NCBI RefSeq assembly: GCF_004010195.1
Contig: NC_057755.1
Location: 8,683,685 to 8,747,684, forward strand
Length of the DNA stretch: 64,000 nucleotides
Reading direction: 5' to 3'
DNA from: Chiloscyllium plagiosum
Taxonomy: Eukaryota
The notes under the pieces were generated by a model. It was not told where the DNA came from and did no database searches. It saw only the letters and a list, made by a program, of their open reading frames with translations. The position numbers were made by a program, and so were the translations under genes. The number at the start of each line of letters is the position of its first letter. The first letter of the stretch is position 1. Below, piece by piece: positions 25,401 through 35,877 of this stretch.

Positions 25401-25901
25401 ATGATACGAAAGTCGGAGGAGTTATGATACGAAAGTCGGAGGAGTTGTTGACAGTGAGGAAGCATGTGGCAGGTTACAGCAGGATATAGAGAAGCTGCAG
25501 AGCTGGGCAGAAAGGTGGCAGATGGAATTCAATGTAGCTAAGTGCGAGGTGATTCACTTTGGGAAGAATAACAAAAAGATGGGGTACTGGGCTAATGGTC
25601 GGATACTTGGTAGTGTGGATGAGCAGAGGGATCTTGGTGTCCATGTACACAGATCTCTGAAAGTTGCCACCCAGGTAAATAGTGCGGTGAGGAAGGCATA
25701 TGGCGTACTGGCTTTTATTGGTAGAGGAATTGAGTTCCGGAGTCCTGAGGTCATGATGCAGTTGTATAAAACTCTGGTCCGCCCGCATCTGGAATATTGT
25801 GTCCAGTTTTGGTCGCCATACTATAGGAAAGATGTGGAGGCACTGGAACGGGTGCAGAGGAGGTTTACCAGGATGTTGCCTGGTATGGAAGAAAGATCGT
25901 A
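25401..25901 (+). mobile_element. Young CR1 ORF2 fragment
   Basis: ORF 25522-25902 MEFNVAKCEVIHFG...RPHLEYCVQFWSP; 23-bp tandem duplication at the 5' junction (25401-25423 / 25424-25446). Confidence 0.9.
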
Positions 25902-26141
25902 GTTCAGGACAACACTAAACTGCAGCAAAATAACAGGCGCTATCAATACAGAAGCAAAGAGAAACCTTGGTGTGGATTGAAAATTATATTGATCGCAATC
26001 AAAGCGAGAGGGATCAAAAAGTAACTACTCTAATCTTGCAGTGAAGGCTATGTAACAGTTCAAATCATTAAAACTCTGCTCTTTGTGATTGTGATGCTGT
26101 CCTTTGATTATTATGACAAACAGAAGGCATTTATTGCTGTT

Positions 26142-26504
26142 AGCTGGAAATGTGTTGCTGGAAAAGCGCAGCAGGTCAGGCAGCATCCAGGGAACAGGAG
26201 TATCGACGTTTCGGGCAAAACCCCTTCTTTAGGAATGGGGAAAGTTTGTCCAGCAGGCTAAGATAAAAGGTAGGGAGGAGGGACTTGGGAGTTTCCACCT
26301 ATCACATTTCCGACGCCCCTCTCCCAAGTCCCTCCTCCCTACCTTTTATCTTAGCCTGCTGGACAAACTTTCCCCATTCCTGAAGAAGGGCTTGTGCCCG
26401 AAACGTCGATTCTCCTGTTCCCTGGATGCTGCCTGACCTGCTGCGCTTTTCCAGCAACACATTTCCAGCTCTGATCTCCAGCATCTGCAGACCTCACTTT
26501 CTCC
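26142..26504 (+). mobile_element. Penelope terminal region with ~150-bp inverted duplication (hairpin)
   Basis: 26142-26291 is the near-perfect reverse complement of 26321-26470. Confidence 0.88.
26376..26411 (+). ncRNA. Putative minimal hammerhead ribozyme motif in a Penelope terminus
   Basis: AUUC-CUGAAGA-A-GGGC(UUGU)GCCC-GAA-ACGU-C-GAUU: core boxes CUGANGA and GAAA, stem II, palindromic ACGU, GUC triplet. Confidence 0.65.
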
Positions 26505-27503
26505 TTTATTCCAAGATATATCAGCCCACTTGATTGCCAACACTTCCACAAACGTCCAGTCTGTCCCCCTCCAACATTGTCGCTCAGTAACAGAAGGGTG
26601 TACCAACTACATCATAGCAACTCATCATAGCATCAGATATAGGGGAATGACACAAATTGCAAGTTCGCTTGAAGACACTCAATTTCCTCGCTTGGAAACA
26701 CTTCACCGTTCCTTCAGTATTGCTGAATCAGTTAAAAGTTATTTTGACAGCTCCATGGAGAGGAAAGGTTTAGAGTGATATGGGTAAAATGCAGGAAAAC
26801 GGGGCTAGTTCAGTTTAGGAAACCTGGTAAGCATGGAAAAGTTGGACCAAAGTGTCTGTTTCCAAGTTCCATGACTCCATATAGGTGCTATAACACCAAA
26901 TGGTCTGCAGTAGTTTTAGAAGGTAGCTCACCACCACCTTCTAAAGTGTAACTCGGGATGGGGAATAGATGCTGATTCAGCCTTCACTGTATTGGAACTA
27001 AATACACTGTTAAACATTTTTAAGTAAACAAAAAAAAAAACTAGTGAAACCACGAGGAACACATACACTGGAAATAATCAAAGTCAAGATTAAAGTGGTG
27101 CTGGTAATGCTCAGCAGGTTAAGCAGCGTCCGAGGAGCAGGAGAATTGAAGTTTTGGTCAAAAGCCTTTCATCAGGAATGAGGAGTGAGCCTGCGGGATG
27201 AAGAGATGACTCAATTTGGGTATTCTAACATCAAATGGTCTTCAATGGAAATAACCAAAGGCAGGGAACGTATGCCAAATTTCAATGTAGAATGATGGAG
27301 TTAAGTAGATTTGACACAAACATAAAAACTGCAGATACTGTAAATCAGAAACAAAATACATAATGCTGGAAAAGTTCTATGAATGAGCTACCAGACCTGA
27401 AATGTTATTTCTGATTTCTCTTCCCAGATGCTGTCGGATTTGATGAGCTGTTCCAGCACATTCTGTTTTGTTTACAGAAACATAACTGGTTTTAAAGACT
27501 TAC

Positions 27504-27573
27504 GAATAATGCCAACAGCTGCAAGTATCGGGTAGTATATACGTGCTATCTGCAAGATTGCTGAGTATTCCAT
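27504..27573 (-). CDS. GPR139-like GPCR, exon 1 (MEYSAILQIARIYYPILAAVGII + 1 nt)
   Basis: 70 nt from ATG to a GTAAGT donor; phase 1 matches the exon 2 acceptor (C+TT=Leu); paralogous exon at 44765-44834. Confidence 0.88.
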
Positions 27574-28384
27574 TCTGTCCCACTCAGGTCTGTTTGTATC
27601 TGTGGAGTCAATGATTCTCTCCAACAAAACATAATAATATTGTCAACATAACCTCATTTTATTTGGACGCTAAATGTCCAGTGAGACATCAAATCTTTTT
27701 GGAGCACTAATTGCATTAGTTGCAGTAATCTGAACAGGCAGGAAATGAACGATTTCCCTCTGAGAATTATTGCAAAATAGAATCTATTTTTAAAAGTAAA
27801 ATGCCACTAATTTCTTGAGAATTCGAATTTGATGTCTTTCTGATGTGTACTCAAATGCAGAAGTACATGAGTACAGTGGAAAGTGTACAATGTCACCATT
27901 TCTGGCGCCATCTTAGGTACAAAGGTACATCGTACAAAATCTTATGTACAAAGTAGAAAAAGGAAGTTAAAAGTTAAAAGATTAATTTTGAAATATTTTC
28001 GAAAGACAGAATAAAACGCCTAGTTTGCAACAAAGCTATTCTGTGCCATACTGAGATGCAATGTTTTCATTCATTATCGCCTTGTAAAACAAAACAAATA
28101 CTGGGACAGATTTTCCGGTGAGTAGGAATCCCACACAGATTGATCCTCTGGCCCTTTTCTTTCTGCTGAAAGAACAGAACTGAGCCTTTCTGAGAGGAGA
28201 TTCCATTCAGGGTTACCCTCGTGCAGGTTGGAAATGTCTTATAATGCATAAAGTCAGAGTGATTTAACAGTGCAGCAAGAGTAAGGTGCTCAGTGGGGAA
28301 TGATAGAGGGCATCATTTAAATAGGGTGCAAGGTGGTTAGGGTGCTAATGTTCCTGGTATGTAGGGTGTCGACTGGTGAGAATT

Positions 28385-30145
28385 TTTAATGCCAAATAGG
28401 ATGTGGTTGAATTCCTGATTGAGTTCCCTGATTGGTGCTGTTAACCTGGTCCAACAGAGAGCCCTGGCTGACAGATATAATCAAGAGTGGCGGGGGATCT
28501 GGTCGCTCTGAGAGCTGGCTCTGATGAAATTGCACCAGTGTCAGGTACTTTACACATATAAATGAAGGTGACTTGGTGACGGAATATTGACCTCTGTGGA
28601 GGTATTTCTTTGACGACGGGTTTGGAATTTGTGATGTATTCATGCAAAAGCACCTACTAGCTGAAATCCAACTGGACTTCAAACAGGCATTTCAAATGGC
28701 TTTGTCAGTCGAAAATGTGGTAATTGGAGCATGTCAGTGGACAGTCTCGCCAGACCAATTTGGCTTTCGGAAACCCCCTTGAGTGAACGCAATCGCATCT
28801 CCTCAGGACACATTGTGAGCAGATGGTCCCGAGGTCAGCTCACTCCAGAACCCCAAAACAAAGACAAAACATGGCCCAGCCTTGAAAACTTGCTTCAGGA
28901 TCGGAACCAGGAAGCCATTCCAGTTGCTGCTGGGATGTGAACTTGTGAAAATGAAAGAGTCCAAATTACCTTGAATGAGTAAGAGACCTCGTATGCCGGT
29001 ATCCAGGAGACTGCAGAGCCTGGAAAACTCATCTATAGCTGGCTTGGAATAGTTGAATTCCTTAACAATATCCAAATCAAAACGAAATCAAATTAAATAT
29101 TTGGTTAATTGGTCATCTGGTTCTAATGGAGGTAAATATAAGCACAGCTGTATCAGTGATTACAGAACCAATCTTTACAAAGTTCGCTCTGGACGCCACC
29201 TCTGAAGTTCGTGTTAGATCTCAACTACACTGAAAATCTCAGGGAACGTTTACACATTAAGAGGATAACTTCGTTTGCGATCTCATTTGAGAATTGTGAT
29301 TAATTTGGATGTCCATTTAAAGTGGTTCGAGTTCATTTGTCAAACTCTGTGATGATGATTGCAAAGTTGTGAGCATCATCTGCAAGACACAGACTCCCTG
29401 AAGTATTGGTGACGGGCAATGGGAAGTCATTTTCCACAACTGATATCGAATATTTTCTGAAGTTGAATGGCATTCGGCATTTTCAGGAAGCTCCATGCTA
29501 TCCACCACACAATGTTTTGGTGGAAAGAGCAGTCGAAACACTGAAGGCAGGCATAAAGGAACAGCCCAGAAGCTTCACTGGATGCCAAACTCTCCTGTCC
29601 GATTATTGCACGACCTCTCACACAAGAGCAGCGATAGCTTCAGGAGAGTTGCTGATGGGGAGAAGATCTGCACCGGGGTTTAAACTTGATATTCCCAGAC
29701 CGTGGGTCAGCTGAAATAGCATCAGGAGCGCGAAGACCAGGCACATGCCTCCTCTAAGTGAGAGAGACCAATTCTTTTGGGGGGCGAAGTTTGCTTTCAA
29801 AACTAATGGTCCTGTATGGTTTCAAGGTGCGATCGTTGCGAGGTCAGGTCCCATGATTTGCAACGTTTGGTTAAGTGAGGCAGTCCTGAACAAACGTGCA
29901 GATCATTCTTGTTCCCGTCAGAATAGCCAGTACCGTTGTCAGAATCAATGGGTTTTCATGTCTGTCTAGCGTTGAATGAATCTGCAAAGGTGAGTTGGAT
30001 GCAGCCTCCATAGCATTGCCATCTGAAGAAGAGGAGGAAACTTTCACGTGACAATCTGGTAGCAAGTGACAGGTTACGGTCAAGTAATTGTCGCCTGTGC
30101 CCGAGTCAGAGCTGGAGGAAACAGTCCTGGGGTGAAAAAGGAACA
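28385..30145 (+). mobile_element. Gypsy copy B: 5' LTR (28385-28610) and deleted internal region with integrase remnant
   Basis: ORF 29406-29714 VTGNGKSFSTTDIEYFLKLNGIRHFQEAPCYPPHNVLVERAVETLK is an rve-type core; colinear with copy A. Confidence 0.8.
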
Positions 30146-30672
30146 ATACTGATTCAAAATAGTGACCCAGTCAGACACCCGGAGACTTTGGCAAGGACTG
30201 AATGACATCACAGGTTCTAAAAAGAGACAGTGCAACATAGCAGACGATGACATTTTCCTCCCAAATTACCTCAACGCCTTGTATGCTCACTTTGCACGGA
30301 ATTATGACAGAGAGCCAACACGCATTCCGACATGTCCTGACAACCCTATCCCAACAGTCACTGCGTCAGGGGTCAGATCAGTTTTCCTTTGTGTGAATCC
30401 AAGGAAAGCGATGGGACCAGATGGAGTAGCAGGCCGTGAACTCACAGCGTGCGCAGATCAACTTGCAGAGGTCTTTTCGGACATCTTCAGTCTCTCCCTG
30501 CAGCAGGCTACAGTTCCTGCCTGTTTCAAGAGGGCCAAAATCATCCCTGTGCCTCAGAAGGCTCATGCAGCATGTCTCAATGACTGTTACCCACTCGCCC
30601 TAAGTTCGGTGGCCATGAAGTCCTTTAAAAGGTTGGTCATGGCATCAATCAACTCCAGTCTCCCCTCTACTG

Positions 30673-31007
30673 ATTAGATTAGATTAGATTAGATTAGATT
30701 AGATTAGATTACTTACAATGTAGAAACAGGCCCTTCGGCCCAACAAGTCCACACCGACCTGCCGAAGCGCAACCCACCCAGACCCATTCCCCTACATTTA
30801 CCCCTTCACCTAACACTACGGGCAATTTAGCGTGGCCAATTCACCGAACCTGCACATTTTTGGACTGTGGGAGGAAACCGGAGCACCCGGAGGAAACTTC
30901 CGCGGACACGGGGAGAATGTGCAAACTCCACACAGTCAGTCGCCTGAGGCGGGGATTGAACCCGTGTCTCTGGCGCTGAAAGGCAATAGTGCTAACCACC
31001 GTGCCAC
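30673..31007 (-). mobile_element. HE1-like V-SINE (tRNA head, V-domain, HER1-derived tail, (AATCT)n)
   Basis: Reverse complement starts GTGGCACGGTGGTTAGCAC..GGGTTCAATCCC and ends GGGCCGAAGGGCCTGTTTC..(AATCT)n; interrupts Rex1. Confidence 0.9.
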
Positions 31008-31742
31008 TCTTGACCCACTCCAATTTGCATATCAGACCAACAGATCCACGTCAGATGCCATATCAATTGCCCTTCACTCCGCGCTAGTACATCTTGACAC
31101 CAAGCACAGCTACGTAAGAATCATACTCATTGACTACAGTTTACCTCCAATGCTATTATCTCCTGATTGCTAAACTTAGTGATCTCGGACAAAGCCCCAT
31201 TCGCTGCAACTGGATCCTCAGTTTCCTGACATACAGGCCACAACCAGTAAAGATTGGGGACAATATTTCATCCTCACTAATACTCAATATTGGAGCCCCA
31301 GAGGTGCGTACTCATCCCCCTTCATTACTCACTGTATACCCATGACTGCGTCGCCAAATACCAGACTAATTACGTTTACAAGTTTGCTGATGACATTACC
31401 ATAATCGATCGAATCTCAGTCGGCGACGAAACAGACTACAGACGGGAGGTGGAAGCCTTGGAAAAATGGTGCACTGTGAACAATGAGCTCTCAATGCCGG
31501 CAAAACCAATGAAACTATTATTGACTTTTGGCGGGGTGTTACTCATACCACCTGCACATTAACAGCACAGAGGTGGAACAAGTGGAGTGTGTCAAGCTAT
31601 TGGAAGTAGTCATCAACAACAAGCTTTCTTGGACTCTTCTTTTGGACGCACTGGTTACTCTTCTTCCTCAAGCAGCTGAGGAAATTTGGCATGATAGCGA
31701 TTAGCCTTGCCAAAATTATAGGTTCGCCATCAAAAACATTCT

Positions 31743-31946
31743 AAAAATGTGTTGCTGGCAAAACGCGCAGCAGGTCAGGCAGCATCCAAGGAGCAGGAGA
31801 ATCGACGTTTCGGGCATAATTCCTGAAGAAGGACATATGCCCGAAACGTCGATTCTCCTGCTCCTTGGATGGTGACTGACCTGCTGCGCTTTTCCAGCAA
31901 CACATTTCTGAGCTCTGACCTCCAGCATCTGCAGTCCTCACTTTCT
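31743..31946 (+). mobile_element. Penelope terminal fragment with inverted duplication, inserted in Rex1
   Basis: Inverted arms ~31745-31820 / ~31836-31908; imperfect TSD CCATC(AA/GA)(A/G)AACATTCT. Confidence 0.85.
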
Positions 31947-32429
31947 CCATCGAGAACATTCTGTCTGGATGTATCACTCCTTGGTCTGGAAACTACACCA
32001 TTCAAGATCAGAGACGGTTGCAGAGAGTGGTGAAAGCGGCCGAGAAAATCACAAAAGCCAACATCCCATTTATAGAATCCATCTACCAAGCCCGCTGTCA
32101 AGGAAAAGCTGCCAGCATTCTCAAAGATCCATTCCACACTGGCAATGTTTTTTGCACAATATCTACCGTTGGGGAGAAGGTGCAAAAGCCTTAACACAGG
32201 CACCTGATAATTTCGTAACTGCTAATGTCCTACTGTTGTTGGAATATTGAATGGACTCACAAGCTCTTAACATTCGCCTGTACCTGTGTTTTTGTTTTTT
32301 TCTGCTGTTTACATATTATTAACTTAACTGTGCTGCTTAACTATGTGATCTGCCTATTGCTCGCAAAACAAAGGTTTTCACTGTGCCTCTTTACACGTGA
32401 CAATAAATTCAATTGAACTCAATTCAAGT

Positions 32430-34066
32430 TAAAAAGTTGAAGTAGAAGGTGTGATTGAGGTTCACAAGGAAGAGGTAATAGAAATCTTGCAGAGTGTGAA
32501 AATAGATAACTCCTCTGAGCCGGATGGGATTTATCCTAGGATCCTCTGGGAAGCCAGAGAGGAGATTGCCGAGCCTTTGGCATTGATCTTTAAATTGTCA
32601 TTGTCTACAGGAATAGTGCCAGAAGACCGGAGGTTAGCAAATGTGGTTTCCCTGTCCAAGAAGGGGACTAGAGACAACATTGGTAATTATAGACCAGTGA
32701 GCCTAACTTCAGTTGTTGTTGAAGTGTTGGAAAAGGTTATAAGAGATAGGATTTAAAATCATCCAGAAAAGAATAATTTGATTAGGGATAGTCAGCACGG
32801 TTTTGTGAAGGGTAGGTCGGGCCTCACAAACCTTATCGAGTTCTTTGAGAAGGTGACCAAACAGGTAGATGAGAGTAAACCGGTTGATGTCGTGTATATG
32901 GATTTCAGCAAGGCAATAAGGTTACCCACAATAGGCTATTGTACAAAATGCGGAGGAATGGAATTATCGGAGATATAGCAGTTTGGGGTGTAGGTTGGAT
33001 CAGTAATTGGCTTGCTGAAAGAAGGCAGAGGGTGGTGATTTATGGGAAATACTCACCCAGGAGTCCAATTACTCGTGGTGTACCACAAGGGTCGATGTTA
33101 CGTCCAAAGCTGCTCGTCATTTTTTTTAAATGACCTGGATGAGAGAGTAGAAGGGTGGGTTAATAAATTTGCAGACGACACTAAGGTGGGTGGAGTTGTG
33201 GATAATGATGAAGGATGTTATGGGTTACAGAGAGACATAGATACGCTGCAGAGCTGGGCTGAGAAGTGGCAAATGGAGTTTAATGCGGACAAGTGTGAGG
33301 TGATTCACTTTGGTCGAAGTAACCGGAATGCAAAGTATTGGGTTAATGGTAAGATTCTTGGTAGTGTAGATGAGCAGAGAGATCTCGGTGTCCAGGTACA
33401 CAGATCCTTAAAGTTGCTACCCAGGTTGACAGAGGTATTAAGAAGACATTCAGTGATTTAGTTTTTATTAATAGTGGGATCGAGTTCCGGAACCATGAGG
33501 TTATGCTACAGCTGTATAAAGCTCTGGTGCGGCCGCACTTGGAGTATTGTATATATTTCTGGTCACCGCATTATAAGAAGGATGTGGAAGCTTTGGAAAG
33601 GGTGCAGAGGAGATTTACTAGGATGTTGCCTGGTGTGGAGGGAAGGTCTTACGAGGAAAGGCTAAGGGACTTGAGGCTGTTTTCGTTGAAGACAAGAAGG
33701 TTGAGAGGTGACTTAATAGAGACATATAAGATAATCAGAGGGTTAGATAGGGTGGACAGGGAAAGGCTTTTTCCAAGTATGGTGACGGGGAGCACGAGGG
33801 GGAATAGCTTTAAATTAAGGGGTGATAGATATTGGACAGATGTCAGAGGTAATTTCTTTACTCAGAGAGTAGTAAGGGTATGGAATGCTTTGCCTGCAAA
33901 GGTAGTAGATTCGCCAACTTTAAGTACGTTTAAGTCGTCATTGGACAAGCATATGGACGTACATGGAATAGTGCAGGTTAGTTAGGCTTCAGATTGTAAT
34001 GACATGTCGGCACAACATCGAGGGCCGAAGGGCCTATACTGCGCTGTAATGTTCAATGTTCTATGT
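32430..34066 (+). mobile_element. CR1/HER1 LINE, RT domain to 3' tail
   Basis: [40 protein letters not shown]; 3' tail GTTCTATG. Confidence 0.93.
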
Positions 34067-34113
34067 ACAAGAGAAATAGGAGGTGAGAATCCCCGGTCTT
34101 GGTGGGGGAGTAG

Positions 34114-35877
34114 TGTAATCATTGGAACGAGGGCCAGGTTTGATCCCACTGACTATGAGATCCTTGGCTGGGGCTGTAAACATGCGAAAATTATGGAGTT
34201 TAACAGGAGATGGTCTCTGCTGAGAGCCTGTCCTTTTTCTGCAGTGATGTTCGAGACCGGGTGTCCTTCGAGAGGGAGCATGCAGTGCCCACCAACACTC
34301 TTGATGCCTCTAGGGAAAGTTTGTCACGATGAGGAATAGAGTGCTTTATTTCCCCCTGCAGATCAATTTTCATTTGGTCCTTACACTTCCCTTCCTTTTC
34401 ACTTTCTTTTCTCACGCACACCTTACCCCTTTTGGACTTTGCTTGTTAATGACTACCTGGCTACATGGATGTTTTTCCTGCTGGTGGAATTATACCATGA
34501 AGTTCTTGTGCAATGATGTCTTTTTTTATTATTGAATCTGTACACACTCACACAGCTACAAGGACATGGGTGATGTGGGAGAAATATAAGCGTTACTGCT
34601 GTGCATTGATCATGTCGGGGATGATCAAAAGGGAAAGGAAATAAAGAAAAAAAGTGGGTCTCCTTACTGTAGGCACTGGCTTTGAGTTGGTTGGTTGGAA
34701 CCCATGTACTGTGTCCTTGCAAATAAACCGACCGACTCCCACAGCTACCTAGACTACATCTCCTCCCAACCTGCCCCCTATAAAAACGCCATCCCATATT
34801 CCCAGTTTCTTTCCCTCTGCCGCATCTGATCCCAGGAGGACCAGTTCAAACACCGAACAACTTAGATGGCCTCCTTCTTCAAAGACAGCAATTTCCCCCT
34901 AGACGTGGTCGACGATGCCCTCCACCGCATCTTCACCACTTCCCGCTCCTCCGCCCTTGGGCCCCGCCCCTCCAATCTCCACCAGGACAGAACCCCACTG
35001 GTCCTCAACTACCACCCCACCAACCTCCATATACACCGTATCATCCGTCGTCATTTCCGCCACCTCCAAACGGACCCCACCACCAAGGATATATTTCCCT
35101 CCCCTCCGGAAATATAAAACTTGGGCCCACACCACTCCCCTTACTTCCCTCCAAGGCCCCAAGGGATCCTTCCATGTCCACCACAAATTCACCTGCACGT
35201 CCATATACATCACTTACTGCATCCGCTGCACCCTATGTGGCCTTCTCTATATTGGGGAGACAGGCCGCCTACTTGCGGAACGTTCCAGAAAACACCTCTG
35301 GGACACCCGGACCAACCAACCCTACTACTCCATGGCTCAACACTTCAACTCCCCCTCCCACTCCACCAAGGACATACAGGTCCTTGGACTCCTCCATCGC
35401 CAGACCATAGCAACACGACGGCTGGAGGAAGAGCGCCTCATCTTCCACCTAGGAACCCTCCAACCACAAGGGATAAACTCAGATTTTTCCAGCTTCCTCA
35501 TTTCCCCTCCCCCCACCTTGTCTCATTCCCAACCCTCGAACTCATCACCACCTTCTTAAGCTGCAATCTTCTTCCTGACCTCTCCACCCCCATCCCACTC
35601 CGGCCTATCACCCTCACCTTATCACCCTCACCTTTACCTCCTTCCACCTATCGCATTTCCAAAGCCCCTCCCCCCAAGTCCCTCCTCCCTACCTTTTATC
35701 TTAGCCTGCTTGACACATTTTCCTCATTCCTGAAGAAGGGTGCATGCCCGAAACGTCGATTGTCCTACTCCTTGGATGCTGCCTAACCTGCTGCGCGTTT
35801 CCAGCAACACATTTTCTGGTCCTTGCAAATAAAGGATGATTTAGTGAGGGGATACCGCTCTCTGTGTAGTTATTTCA
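34114..35877 (+). mobile_element. 3' LTR of Gypsy copy B, interrupted by a Tx1 fragment (34211-34653) and a Penelope element
   Basis: PPT GGTGGGGGAG precedes TGTAATCATTGGAACGAG; aligns with 3444-4080. Confidence 0.75.
34728..35818 (+). mobile_element. Penelope-like element, 5'-truncated, with GIY-YIG endonuclease and pLTR
   Basis: FTCTSIYITYCIRCTLCGLLYIGETGRLLAER..H; 15-bp TSD GTCCTTGCAAATAAA at 34713-34727 and 35819-35833; hammerhead motif at 35726-35761. Confidence 0.9.

Larger units (their letters stand above)
30146..32428 (+). mobile_element. Rex1/Babar-clade LINE, 5'-truncated, degenerate
   Basis: [55 protein letters not shown] and (CAATT)-like tail. Confidence 0.85.

Noticed and set aside
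30930..31007. tRNA-like A and B boxes
   Set aside because: SINE head, not a tRNA gene; no complete cloverleaf.
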